Origin: a virus
Lineage: Duplodnaviria; Caudoviricetes
DNA: 64,000 nt
Virus record (IMG/VR): IMGVR_UViG_3300018494_000083
Strand: one strand, 5' to 3'
This document shows, piece by piece, positions 10,773 through 18,876 of the stretch. Made by a program: the position numbers and the translations under genes. Below the pieces are notes generated by a model. The model saw only the letters and a program-made list of their open reading frames with translations, was not told the origin of the DNA and ran no database searches. Each line of letters begins with the position of its first letter. The first letter of the stretch is position 1.

Positions 10773-12984
10773 AATACCATCGGAATTATTGGTGAAATGA
10801 AAATGTACACTGGATCCACCTGATGCAGTAACTAGTACATTAACAAATGCTGAATCTTGGTTAACGAATCGTATAGTTGGAGTACAACACCTCTGTCAAC
10901 AGTTGTCCAGTTATATGTAACTATACCTGAAGCATTTAGAATCCAATGCATAGCTACTCTTGAGTATATATCTATATCGGCATATGCTACATTACTTGGA
11001 GTGAGACACCTCTTTCATTACTTATCCAATGGTATATAATAAAACCCGAATGGTTATTTATCCAAAACATAGTAACTCTGGAAGGTTCATCAATATTGTT
11101 GATTAGATTACATGGAGTGCACACCTTGCGGATGCCTTACAGAATTCCAATAATAATGACCGTTCCCTGAAGATAAAATCATGCCTGCGAAATCGAGACC
11201 GATAAATGTAGGAGTCCATACTTATAATACTGAACATGATTTGCACCGAAAGCTCCATTTCCTGCAACCATATGATTTTGATCCCAGTCATAATTTTGAT
11301 ACGCATTTGGAGTAACACCTCTCGATTGACTGGTAAGGGAATATGATCGATACCCAAGATAATTTATTAAAAGGATATTATTTATATTATCCTCACTGTT
11401 ATCAGGAGTCTATATACCATTTATACTTATATTTCCAGGACCAGTATTTTTACCATAGCCTTCCATTTCAATAAAATTAAATCTAGCCTCTGACTCAGGA
11501 ATAAGTTTATATCTTGGAGTTACTAAACACCCCAATACCAATTTATATGATCATAATTCCCTAATCCATTAGCTAGTATATTTGATTGAATATGGTATAT
11601 TTTAGATTGATTAAACCAAGGAGTAGATCATACGAGAATTCTGTTCCATATGGATATACATGTGTATAATCTACATCACGAACTGCAAATATACCAGATC
11701 TCTTTCTCCAGATATCTCCTTCTGTTATATTTGGAGTAGAACCATACCGTGTACTGGAAATGGTCCACGATACCTCAAGTCCATCAAGACGACAATAACC
11801 ATCAGGTATTAGTTCACCTTTCCAATAATCGACAACTGACGGAGTGTTTATTCATACATGTCATAAGAATAGATATAAGAACTGATTGAACCTGATCCAT
11901 CGGTATATAATGTGACGAATCCTAATGGTTTCCATTGCGGCAAATAAAAAGTTGTAGGAGTGGCACCATTTTTTACGTATGAATTATGTGTATAATCTCC
12001 AATGTATGCTTTACCGTTTTCATATACTACGCCAAATTTTCCAAGTTTAATATCCTGCAAATGCGGAGTAGAGCCATACTCTTTATTTGTTGATCCATAA
12101 GTTACGTCTCCTCGCATAAATATAGCTATTATTCTTGGTGCTGTTAATGTATATTCGTCATTATCTCCATTTGTATATGGATAATTAGGAGTATATTAAT
12201 ACCACCATCTTCGTAATACACAGGTACCCAGTCTTGAGGCTGTCTATATGTACTTACTAAATGATATCTGTTTGATATCGACAGCTCACTTGGAGTAGCC
12301 ATACGAATTATTTGACGAATAGCAGTATACAGATATTGGTAAATCAATACAGGTATAAATTCCTGATACATGTGCCCATTTTAGATCCCAATGATCTATC
12401 ACATAAGGAGTTGTACCATGTTGTGATTTTGGATAATACATTCCATCGCCATTAATACCTCCAGATAGGTTTATGACAAATTGAAATTGTCCATGCCAGT
12501 TACTTCGTATTGTATGCGGAGTGATAACTCACCAAGGTAATTACCAGGAAACATATATGATGGATACCCATCCACTCTCATTACGATCACTGAACCATCG
12601 TTACTATGAATATCTCCAAATAAAATATATACCGGAGTCAATTCCATGTGATTGTGGGTAATCTCCGTATAAATCCCACCACGTTGGACTAATGCTTCCA
12701 TTCTCAATCATTATCAGATGATATCCAGATGACTGATTTAGGTTGTCTGGAGTCAATTCCATGTGATTGAGGATATGGTCCATATAATGAGTACCAGGTT
12801 GCGTCAGCCTTTCCACTTTTAATTATTATTAGGAAATAATCATTTAAACGAGCTGGGTCATCTGGAGTATCACACCAAGACGGTCAGAGCACCCGTAATG
12901 ATGTTCAGATCCAAGTCCTTGAGATACGATTTTATACACCCAATAGAGTCTAGTCTCAGTGTATATATAATACCAATAAGGAGT
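10773..12984 (-). repeat. Tandem array of 20 divergent coding cassettes (Thr-Pro...Gly, ~96-123 bp each); putative silent variable-region library
   Basis: GGAGT (minus ACTCC) at 10879, 10998, 11114, 11211, 11309, 11405, 11516, 11620, 11733, 11841, 11957, 12065, 12188, 12292, 12407, 12518, 12634, 12749, 12864 and 12980. Each unit is open from ACT-CCN to its end, and 18/20 end at a Gly codon. Confidence 0.85.
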
Positions 12985-12994
12985 ACAAATAAAA

Positions 12995-13020
12995 CCCCGA
13001 ACACGCTTTTGTGTTCGGGG
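12995..13020 (-). terminator. Intrinsic terminator immediately preceding the first cassette
   Basis: CCCCGAACAC-loop-GTGTTCGGGG; on the minus strand followed by TTTTATTTGT and then directly ACTCCT. Confidence 0.8.
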
Positions 13021-13027
13021 ATTATTT

Positions 13028-13741
13028 TTATTCGTAGTTGTAAGGTCTCTTGGTAGAATTCGGGAATGCCTTGTTTCTCCAATCATAGAGCAAGTCGTCC
13101 CTTTCTTTCTGAGCATCTGCCCAGTCATCAATCTTAAGATCGATAGCACCATCTGCAGTCTCGAGCTTGTCATACATACGAAGCTCAGGATACAACCAGC
13201 ATTTGATATCCAACTTAGCCAACTTCTCAAGTTCGATTCCAACAGAAGGAGGAACTGCGCCGAAGTTAGGATAAGGAATCTTCAAGGTGATATAGACTTT
13301 CTCTGCACCACCGTAACCTCTGAGTTTGAGACGGTTAGGAGGTAAGAACTGGAAAGACTTCGTGGAAATATTCAAACCAGATCTGATACCAGATGCAACA
13401 CCTTCAAGAATCATAGCTTCTACATTGAAACTATGAAGAGGTGCATTCCACTCATCGAAGTGAGAAGTACCAGTAACATCTCTGACAGAAATAATTTCAA
13501 GATTATTATCTTCGAGGAATTGATCACGAATATAATATATCTCAGATCCACCGTCACCCTTCTCATGTTTCATTTCAGTAAGATTCTTTTCCATTACATA
13601 TTCATAAGGGAAGAACTGACTGAAAACTGGAAGTGTATCGTTAATCAAAATTTCTTTGATTGCAGGATAGTATTTTTCAAGAGATAACGCCGGAAATCCG
13701 AGCTGTGTAACAACTTTCTTCATAAAGAAATTTATATCCAT
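13028..13741 (-). CDS. Putative virion structural protein (neck/head-completion candidate)
   Basis: Start at MDINFF after AGAGG. AACA-N6-TAAT motif at 13782-13769. Function assigned by general resemblance only. Confidence 0.55.
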   Translation of the reverse strand: MDINFFMKKVVTQLGFPALSLEKYYPAIKEILINDTLPVFSQFFPYEYVMEKNLTEMKHEKGDGGSEIYYIRDQFLEDNNLEIISVRDVTGTSHFDEWNAPLHSFNVEAMILEGVASGIRSGLNISTKSFQFLPPNRLKLRGYGGAEKVYITLKIPYPNFGAVPPSVGIELEKLAKLDIKCWLYPELRMYDKLETADGAIDLKIDDWADAQKERDDLLYDWRNKAFPNSTKRPYNYE

Positions 13742-13804
13742 AATATTACCTCTCTTCATGTAATCTTTATTAGTATATTGTTTCAAGTGTTGAATCAGAT
13801 GCCA

Positions 13805-13918
13805 ACTCCAGATTCTATGAGAGAAACAACACTGACTGAAATTAGATATTCCAAAATAGCTGATAATAGTTTAGGTGCACCTTGGCAGTATATCTCATAT
13901 TCATTTATTAGCGGATAG
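13805..13918 (+). repeat. Orphan Thr-Pro...Gly cassette
   Basis: ACT CCA ... AGC GGA TAG; TPDSMRETTLTEIRYSKIADNSLGAPWQYISYSFISG*. 37 codons, between two divergent promoter motifs. Confidence 0.6.
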
Positions 13919-13929
13919 TATCACACGTG

Positions 13930-13943
13930 AACAATTATATAAT
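13930..13943 (+). promoter_or_regulatory. AACA-N6-TAAT late-type promoter motif
   Basis: AACA ATTATA TAAT, 27 bp upstream of ATG 13971. Confidence 0.65.
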
Positions 13944-13970
13944 AAATAATAGAAAGTGAGATATTAGCAT

Positions 13971-15248
13971 ATGTCATTATCACAAGCAATATCATTTTCA
14001 TATGACACACCTAGAACAGCATCTCAATTATTAACATTGGTTAAAAAAGATATAAAAAATTTAGTCGAATACGTTCGTCCAGTCAGAGGCGTACCTACAG
14101 AATATACTATTCAGATTACTGAATATATCAATAATAAACTTCGTGAAGAAGAGCAATTTCTAAGACAACAAGAAAAGTCCGATAAAGAAATTAGATATGC
14201 ATTGGTTAAAATGCGATCGAAATATCGGATAAGATATGTTTGTGTTGAGAAAACCCAAGATATACCAAATACTATAGTTATCTCTGTTGCAGATAAGGAT
14301 GACAATACTGAATGTCATAGTGAGTTGGTTAACTTAGTTAATACTAAAATTACCAAGCCAATAATTAGTGTCCTTCGCTCAAAATATTCTCGATATTTAT
14401 ATAAATATCTTACGATAGAATTGGCTGATTCTCATTCAACGGAAATTCGCATATCATGCAATAGCGATACTCTAACAGAGTCATACTTATCGGAGGATAA
14501 ATTTATGAATATGCAATTAATATTATTAGAGACAATAGATCTACTTATCGAAGATTTAGACTCAGCTAATGAGCAAAATACATTAAATGAATCTGTAGGT
14601 TCCAAGATCAGTAACACAATTCGAGTGATCATAGATGCAATTAAGCGATTAATAAGCACTATAAAACGAGCCATATCTGCAGCGGCTACGAATGCAAAAT
14701 TTAAGCAATTGAAAGATCAATTTGAAAATTCAAGCAACCATTTATTCTATATAAAAGTAAATGAAAATTTTCTTAGTCAATATGATTTATCCGATCTAAT
14801 CGATAATATATACCTTCCTGTATATAATGCAATAACGACTGGTGATTTAGATCGAGAAGATCTATATGAAGAGGCTAGCAATTATAACGACAAGTTCTTT
14901 GTTGACTCACCAGATGATAAAAATGTATTTGTTGCGAGTCATATTAATACGGCTATAGATCATGCCACTGTGTATCTTAAGGAAATTAATAGAGCCATAT
15001 CATTGATGGAGAAAGCAATTTCAAAATTCGAGACCATGAGAGTCAATGGCAAGTTCGATCACTCTGACAGCTATTGTAAAATTATATTATCTACAGTTAA
15101 ATATGATTTGAGGTTTTTAAATAGTCTCGCATGTATGCAGATAGTTGCAATGAGTGGAACAAAAGATGATAATCTTGATGTGGCTAGAGCCGATGCTAGA
15201 ACTAAACAAGAGATTATTAAAGATGTAGAACACAAAAATAATAAGTAA
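13971..15248 (+). CDS. Hypothetical protein, putative internal head protein
   Basis: 425 aa; late-type promoter; TLTES and TLNES motifs. Confidence 0.65.
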   Translation: MSLSQAISFSYDTPRTASQLLTLVKKDIKNLVEYVRPVRGVPTEYTIQITEYINNKLREEEQFLRQQEKSDKEIRYALVKMRSKYRIRYVCVEKTQDIPNTIVISVADKDDNTECHSELVNLVNTKITKPIISVLRSKYSRYLYKYLTIELADSHSTEIRISCNSDTLTESYLSEDKFMNMQLILLETIDLLIEDLDSANEQNTLNESVGSKISNTIRVIIDAIKRLISTIKRAISAAATNAKFKQLKDQFENSSNHLFYIKVNENFLSQYDLSDLIDNIYLPVYNAITTGDLDREDLYEEASNYNDKFFVDSPDDKNVFVASHINTAIDHATVYLKEINRAISLMEKAISKFETMRVNGKFDHSDSYCKIILSTVKYDLRFLNSLACMQIVAMSGTKDDNLDVARADARTKQEIIKDVEHKNNK

Positions 15249-15314
15249 TACTATTGGTTGGGAATTGGTGTAATTTAAAATATCTATTTTTATTTACCCC
15301 CCCCCCATAATTAA

Positions 15315-15364
15315 AACATATTATTAATGAGCAAGATACCTGAAGACGCTCAGCGTCTTCAGGT
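15315..15364 (+). promoter_or_regulatory. Late-type promoter plus 27-bp palindromic leader element (copy 1)
   Basis: AACA TATTAT TAAT GAGCAAGAT ACCTGAAGACGCT-C-AGCGTCTTCAGGT. Confidence 0.65.
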
Positions 15365-15392
15365 TATTTTTGTTAATCTGTATAAATGAGGT

Positions 15393-16148
15393 ATGGATAT
15401 GAGTAAGCAATCTGGAATATTAGCAAATGCACTTCGTGTAGAGGCAAGTAGATATCTCCCATCTGATACCGAGACTTTAAATGAGTCTGCAACTGGAGAT
15501 ATTGTAAAATTACTAAGCTTTGTAGCAGTTACCGTTGGCGGGTTAATCTGGTTTCGGTTATCTGATAAGAAAGATGAAAAGAAACAAGAGGAACGTGACC
15601 AACAAAAGCGAATCAAAGACGAAGAAGCTCGTCGTGATGACGAGAAAAAATATAATGAATTTGTTGTAAAATATAAAATTGGTACATTCACACCTAAAGA
15701 GATATCATCGAAGGAAGAATTAGCCAGATTTATCGAAACTGATGTACGAAAACTTATTCAGGAGTTTAATAAATCTGATGTTGGTAAAACATGGATAAAA
15801 GAGAATATCGCATCATATTGCGATAAACTCAAAGAAGAATATAAAGATGATTTAACCAATAAATGGTATCTTGATGGTGTTAAAGATGCTAAATCATTTA
15901 AAACATTTGCCTGCGAGGTATTTGAAGAGTACGAATACAACGGTGTATATGAGCTCTCACTCACAATTATAGATGGGCATGAACAAGATTTAAATGTACA
16001 TTTAAGCTCGTTCCTTGATGGACTTAAATTTATTTGCGATCACAGATATAAAGAGTGTGAGAAGTTTGGATACAAAGTAGTCATAAGTGCTGGTGATGGA
16101 GATGAAGGAATAATTTCTTTCCGCATCTCGTCAGTTGATAAGAAATAA
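15393..16148 (+). CDS. Hypothetical protein with one hydrophobic segment, putative virion protein
   Basis: TLNES motif followed by a hydrophobic helix (LLSFVAVTVGGLIWF). Confidence 0.65.
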   Translation: MDMSKQSGILANALRVEASRYLPSDTETLNESATGDIVKLLSFVAVTVGGLIWFRLSDKKDEKKQEERDQQKRIKDEEARRDDEKKYNEFVVKYKIGTFTPKEISSKEELARFIETDVRKLIQEFNKSDVGKTWIKENIASYCDKLKEEYKDDLTNKWYLDGVKDAKSFKTFACEVFEEYEYNGVYELSLTIIDGHEQDLNVHLSSFLDGLKFICDHRYKECEKFGYKVVISAGDGDEGIISFRISSVDKK

Positions 16149-16160
16149 ATTGATTTATGA

Positions 16161-16198
16161 AGATAGAGATGCTCTTAACGGGGCATCTCTATTTTTTT
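16161..16198 (+). terminator. Intrinsic terminator
   Basis: ATAGAGATGC-loop-GCATCTCTAT plus T7. Confidence 0.8.
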
Positions 16199-16200
16199 GT

Positions 16201-16308
16201 CACATACGTCTCATTAGTATATTTATTATGTGATCTTCCATCTTCCTTAATGGTGTTAAACCTAACTATGTAATATGCGTATATAGTCTGATTTGTGAAC
16301 ATTGGAGT
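16201..16308 (-). repeat. Orphan Thr-Pro cassette
   Basis: TPMFTNQTIYAYYIVRFNTIKEDGRSHNKYTNETYV, 36 open codons ending GTATG like several array units; abuts a terminator T tract. Confidence 0.55.
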
Positions 16309-16409
16309 GAAATAAGGTGTTTTTTTTGATCATAATCGGGGAATTCAAACATTTTAATAATAGTTGGGGCTTTAAATCTGACTAGAAATTCTGAAAGAGA
16401 GGCTTATAT

Positions 16410-17108
16410 ATGAAAGTAACATCTAAGGATCTTCTCAATGAAGCATACAAGCTGATGTGCACTGACATTAGGGGGCTCGATCAGGAGGATGATTCTCTCA
16501 ACGAGGGTGTCGGTGAATGGGTTGTCATCGGCGTATACGTTGGTTATCTTGCTCTCATCATCGGTGCTTCTGCTCTTTGTGCTCATCTTGCGAGAAAGAA
16601 CGCTGCTCGTCAGGCTACTGCTGTGGATCGTGAAGAGTTTACTGCTGCAATTGAGTATCTGAAGAAGACTTGGTTTGACGAATTCAAGGATAAGACCAAG
16701 GCTAAGTTCGGTGCTTATGTTGCTGCTGACGGTATCGAGTTCGTTTCTGATATCCTCGCAAAGACCGTCGACCAGTCTAACGACAAATCTAACAGACATG
16801 ATGCACTTGTTTATCATATTCCGATCGCTAACATTAACTACTCGAAGATCGTTAAGACTCTTGCTTCTAAGGAGCAGGCTAAGTTTAACTCTTCGATCAA
16901 CAATGCTAAGACTATGATCGAGAATATCGGTGACGCAATTATCGATCACATCGTTGGTATCTTTGAAGTAGCTAAGAAGGCTCATCCGATCCTTCGTGAC
17001 CACTTCTGTGTATTCATCGATGGTAACGGTACTCAGGGCACTATTTATATCGGTACTCAGATTGACAAATCTATTGTCTTTAGTGACTCGAAGTATCTCA
17101 AAAAGTAA
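16410..17108 (+). CDS. Hypothetical protein with one hydrophobic segment, putative virion protein
   Basis: Promoter motif at 16348-16361; LLNEA and SLNEG motifs followed by a hydrophobic helix. Confidence 0.65.
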   Translation: MKVTSKDLLNEAYKLMCTDIRGLDQEDDSLNEGVGEWVVIGVYVGYLALIIGASALCAHLARKNAARQATAVDREEFTAAIEYLKKTWFDEFKDKTKAKFGAYVAADGIEFVSDILAKTVDQSNDKSNRHDALVYHIPIANINYSKIVKTLASKEQAKFNSSINNAKTMIENIGDAIIDHIVGIFEVAKKAHPILRDHFCVFIDGNGTQGTIYIGTQIDKSIVFSDSKYLKK

Positions 17109-17123
17109 TTAAGGAGGTTCACT

Positions 17124-18794
17124 ATGCCTTCTGATAAGAACTCGGGGCTCTTGGTTAAAGAGCCCCATATGACAAATCTTATGGGTAAGCCTGAAGCAGT
17201 TGTCTCCGAATCCGATATGGAGAACTCTGCTGCACATAAAGACTTATCTGTAATCAACTTTGATGAAATTAATAAAGTTATCCATGCTGACAATAAAGAG
17301 TCTACTTGGGCTGAATACCGCAAAGGTGCAGCTAAGAGAATCTGGAATTGTTCTGTTTCCGTTCTTTATGTGAAATATCTTAAGGATCGTAATACTGAGA
17401 CGACTTTCATTAAATTCATCTCCGAACACGGTTTCCCTGTTCTTAAAGGTGCTGAGGAAATCGTAAACTACATGAACGATAAGCTTAAACTTTTCAAAGG
17501 TATTGTTGATCGTTACAAGGATGAGCTTGATAACAACTATACCAAGTATGGTCTTACTAAAGCTGAAGCAATTAAGCTTTTGAAAGACATCAAGAATGAT
17601 AAGTTTGCGCATATCAGTTCACGAATCTATAATAAACTCAATGCCAGATCCAAAGAATGGAAGAGAAATTGGGGTGCCGATTTTAAAGCATTCGGTGGTG
17701 GTCTTGTGTTTATGAACCCTGATGAAAATATCTGGGAATATTCTCGTAATGTTGAAACGCTGTTCAACCTGGCACAAACTTACGATATTGTCGTATATTG
17801 TCATGGAACTAACGTTACACCTGGTCATCATTTATCCGAAGCTGAGTATTCTCTCGCCGAAAAGATTGATAAGATGATGCAGACTAAGGAAACTAAGAAA
17901 GTTTCTGTAGCAGTTCAGGAGCTTGAAGATTCTCTTACTCAGGACGAGAAAGCGATTCTTAAGAAGTACAGCGATAAGAAACTTATGAGATATTACAAAG
18001 TTCAAAGTGGTGAGCTTGAACGCTATTATTATAACGACTTCCTTTACATTCGTGATAGAATTCGTGGTGACTTACGTAAGCAGTGGGGATTTGGATCGCC
18101 ACTTAAAACACCTTATGGTGTATTCCGTGATGTCAATGAATTCTGCCGTGAGTGTGTTCGTAGAGGTCATAAGAAGATTAAGATTATGTCTTGTAATCCT
18201 GGTCATTATAAGATCGCAAAAGATCTCCTCAACATGAAGGATATCGATATCGATTACCAGGTATATTCTATCTTCGTTGAATCTACAGCTGATGCTATGT
18301 ATGAAAATCTTCTGAATAATATGTACTGTGCGATTAATGAGGCTTGTAAAGCTAATGAAGCCTGTGTGTCTTGTGAGTCTGCCGATGGTGTTGGATTGCC
18401 TGAGGAAAGCAAGACTGAGGAACAAAAACGAAAAGTTTCTGAGGAAAGCTACAAAATTCGCAAGATTGCATATCAGAAGATCAAGAAGCATATTTCCGAT
18501 GCATCCATTAAAGGCGTTGTTAATAATTATCTAAAAGCGAACGAGATCAATGACTATTTTTATGCCCACTATAAGTCGAACCAGACACTCATTGTAGCTG
18601 ATATTGATATCGACTATACTAAGGGTGACGACGAGAAGTATAAAGAAGTCAAAACCGCCATTTATAAACTCATCAAGGAAATCAATAAAGACATTGCATC
18701 TGAGAATTGTAAGGTGACTGTATTCTGGCTTAACGTCATGGAAGGACTTCGCTATACAGGTACTATCAACATGCATATGTACAAAACAAACTAA
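17124..18794 (+). CDS. Hypothetical protein with a possible clan CD cysteine-protease dyad
   Basis: IVVYCHG ... KIKIMSCNPG; GGAGG RBS. Confidence 0.6.
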   Translation: MPSDKNSGLLVKEPHMTNLMGKPEAVVSESDMENSAAHKDLSVINFDEINKVIHADNKESTWAEYRKGAAKRIWNCSVSVLYVKYLKDRNTETTFIKFISEHGFPVLKGAEEIVNYMNDKLKLFKGIVDRYKDELDNNYTKYGLTKAEAIKLLKDIKNDKFAHISSRIYNKLNARSKEWKRNWGADFKAFGGGLVFMNPDENIWEYSRNVETLFNLAQTYDIVVYCHGTNVTPGHHLSEAEYSLAEKIDKMMQTKETKKVSVAVQELEDSLTQDEKAILKKYSDKKLMRYYKVQSGELERYYYNDFLYIRDRIRGDLRKQWGFGSPLKTPYGVFRDVNEFCRECVRRGHKKIKIMSCNPGHYKIAKDLLNMKDIDIDYQVYSIFVESTADAMYENLLNNMYCAINEACKANEACVSCESADGVGLPEESKTEEQKRKVSEESYKIRKIAYQKIKKHISDASIKGVVNNYLKANEINDYFYAHYKSNQTLIVADIDIDYTKGDDEKYKEVKTAIYKLIKEINKDIASENCKVTVFWLNVMEGLRYTGTINMHMYKTN

Positions 18795-18840
18795 CATTTA
18801 TATAATGAGCAAGACCTGAAGATGCTGAGCATCTTCAGGT
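18793..18840 (+). promoter_or_regulatory. Late-type promoter plus 27-bp palindromic leader element (copy 2)
   Basis: AACA TTTATA TAAT GAGCAAG ACCTGAAGATGCT-G-AGCATCTTCAGGT. Confidence 0.65.
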
Positions 18841-18876
18841 TTCTTTCGTTGTTATTAGAAATTGGAGGATAATATT

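Noticed and set aside
12639-12868. Classical DGR template/variable repeat pair
   Set aside because: Mismatches are not confined to adenines, neither copy lies in a gene, and there is no reverse transcriptase in the window.
10773-12984. CRISPR array interpretation of the periodic region
   Set aside because: The only constant element is 5 bp (GGAGT), units are ~110 bp, there is no palindromic repeat or cas gene, and the units keep a reading frame.
10773-12984. Single decayed (frameshifted) beta-repeat pseudogene
   Set aside because: Frame breaks and stops fall only at unit junctions, never inside units. Random decay would not give that pattern, though programmed recoding cannot be fully excluded.
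10857-13242. Short ORF calls across the array (e.g. 11848-12117, 12144-12371, 12471-12707, 12604-12816, 12844-13242)
   Set aside because: They are chance read-throughs that join parts of cassettes in and out of frame, with no convincing RBS.
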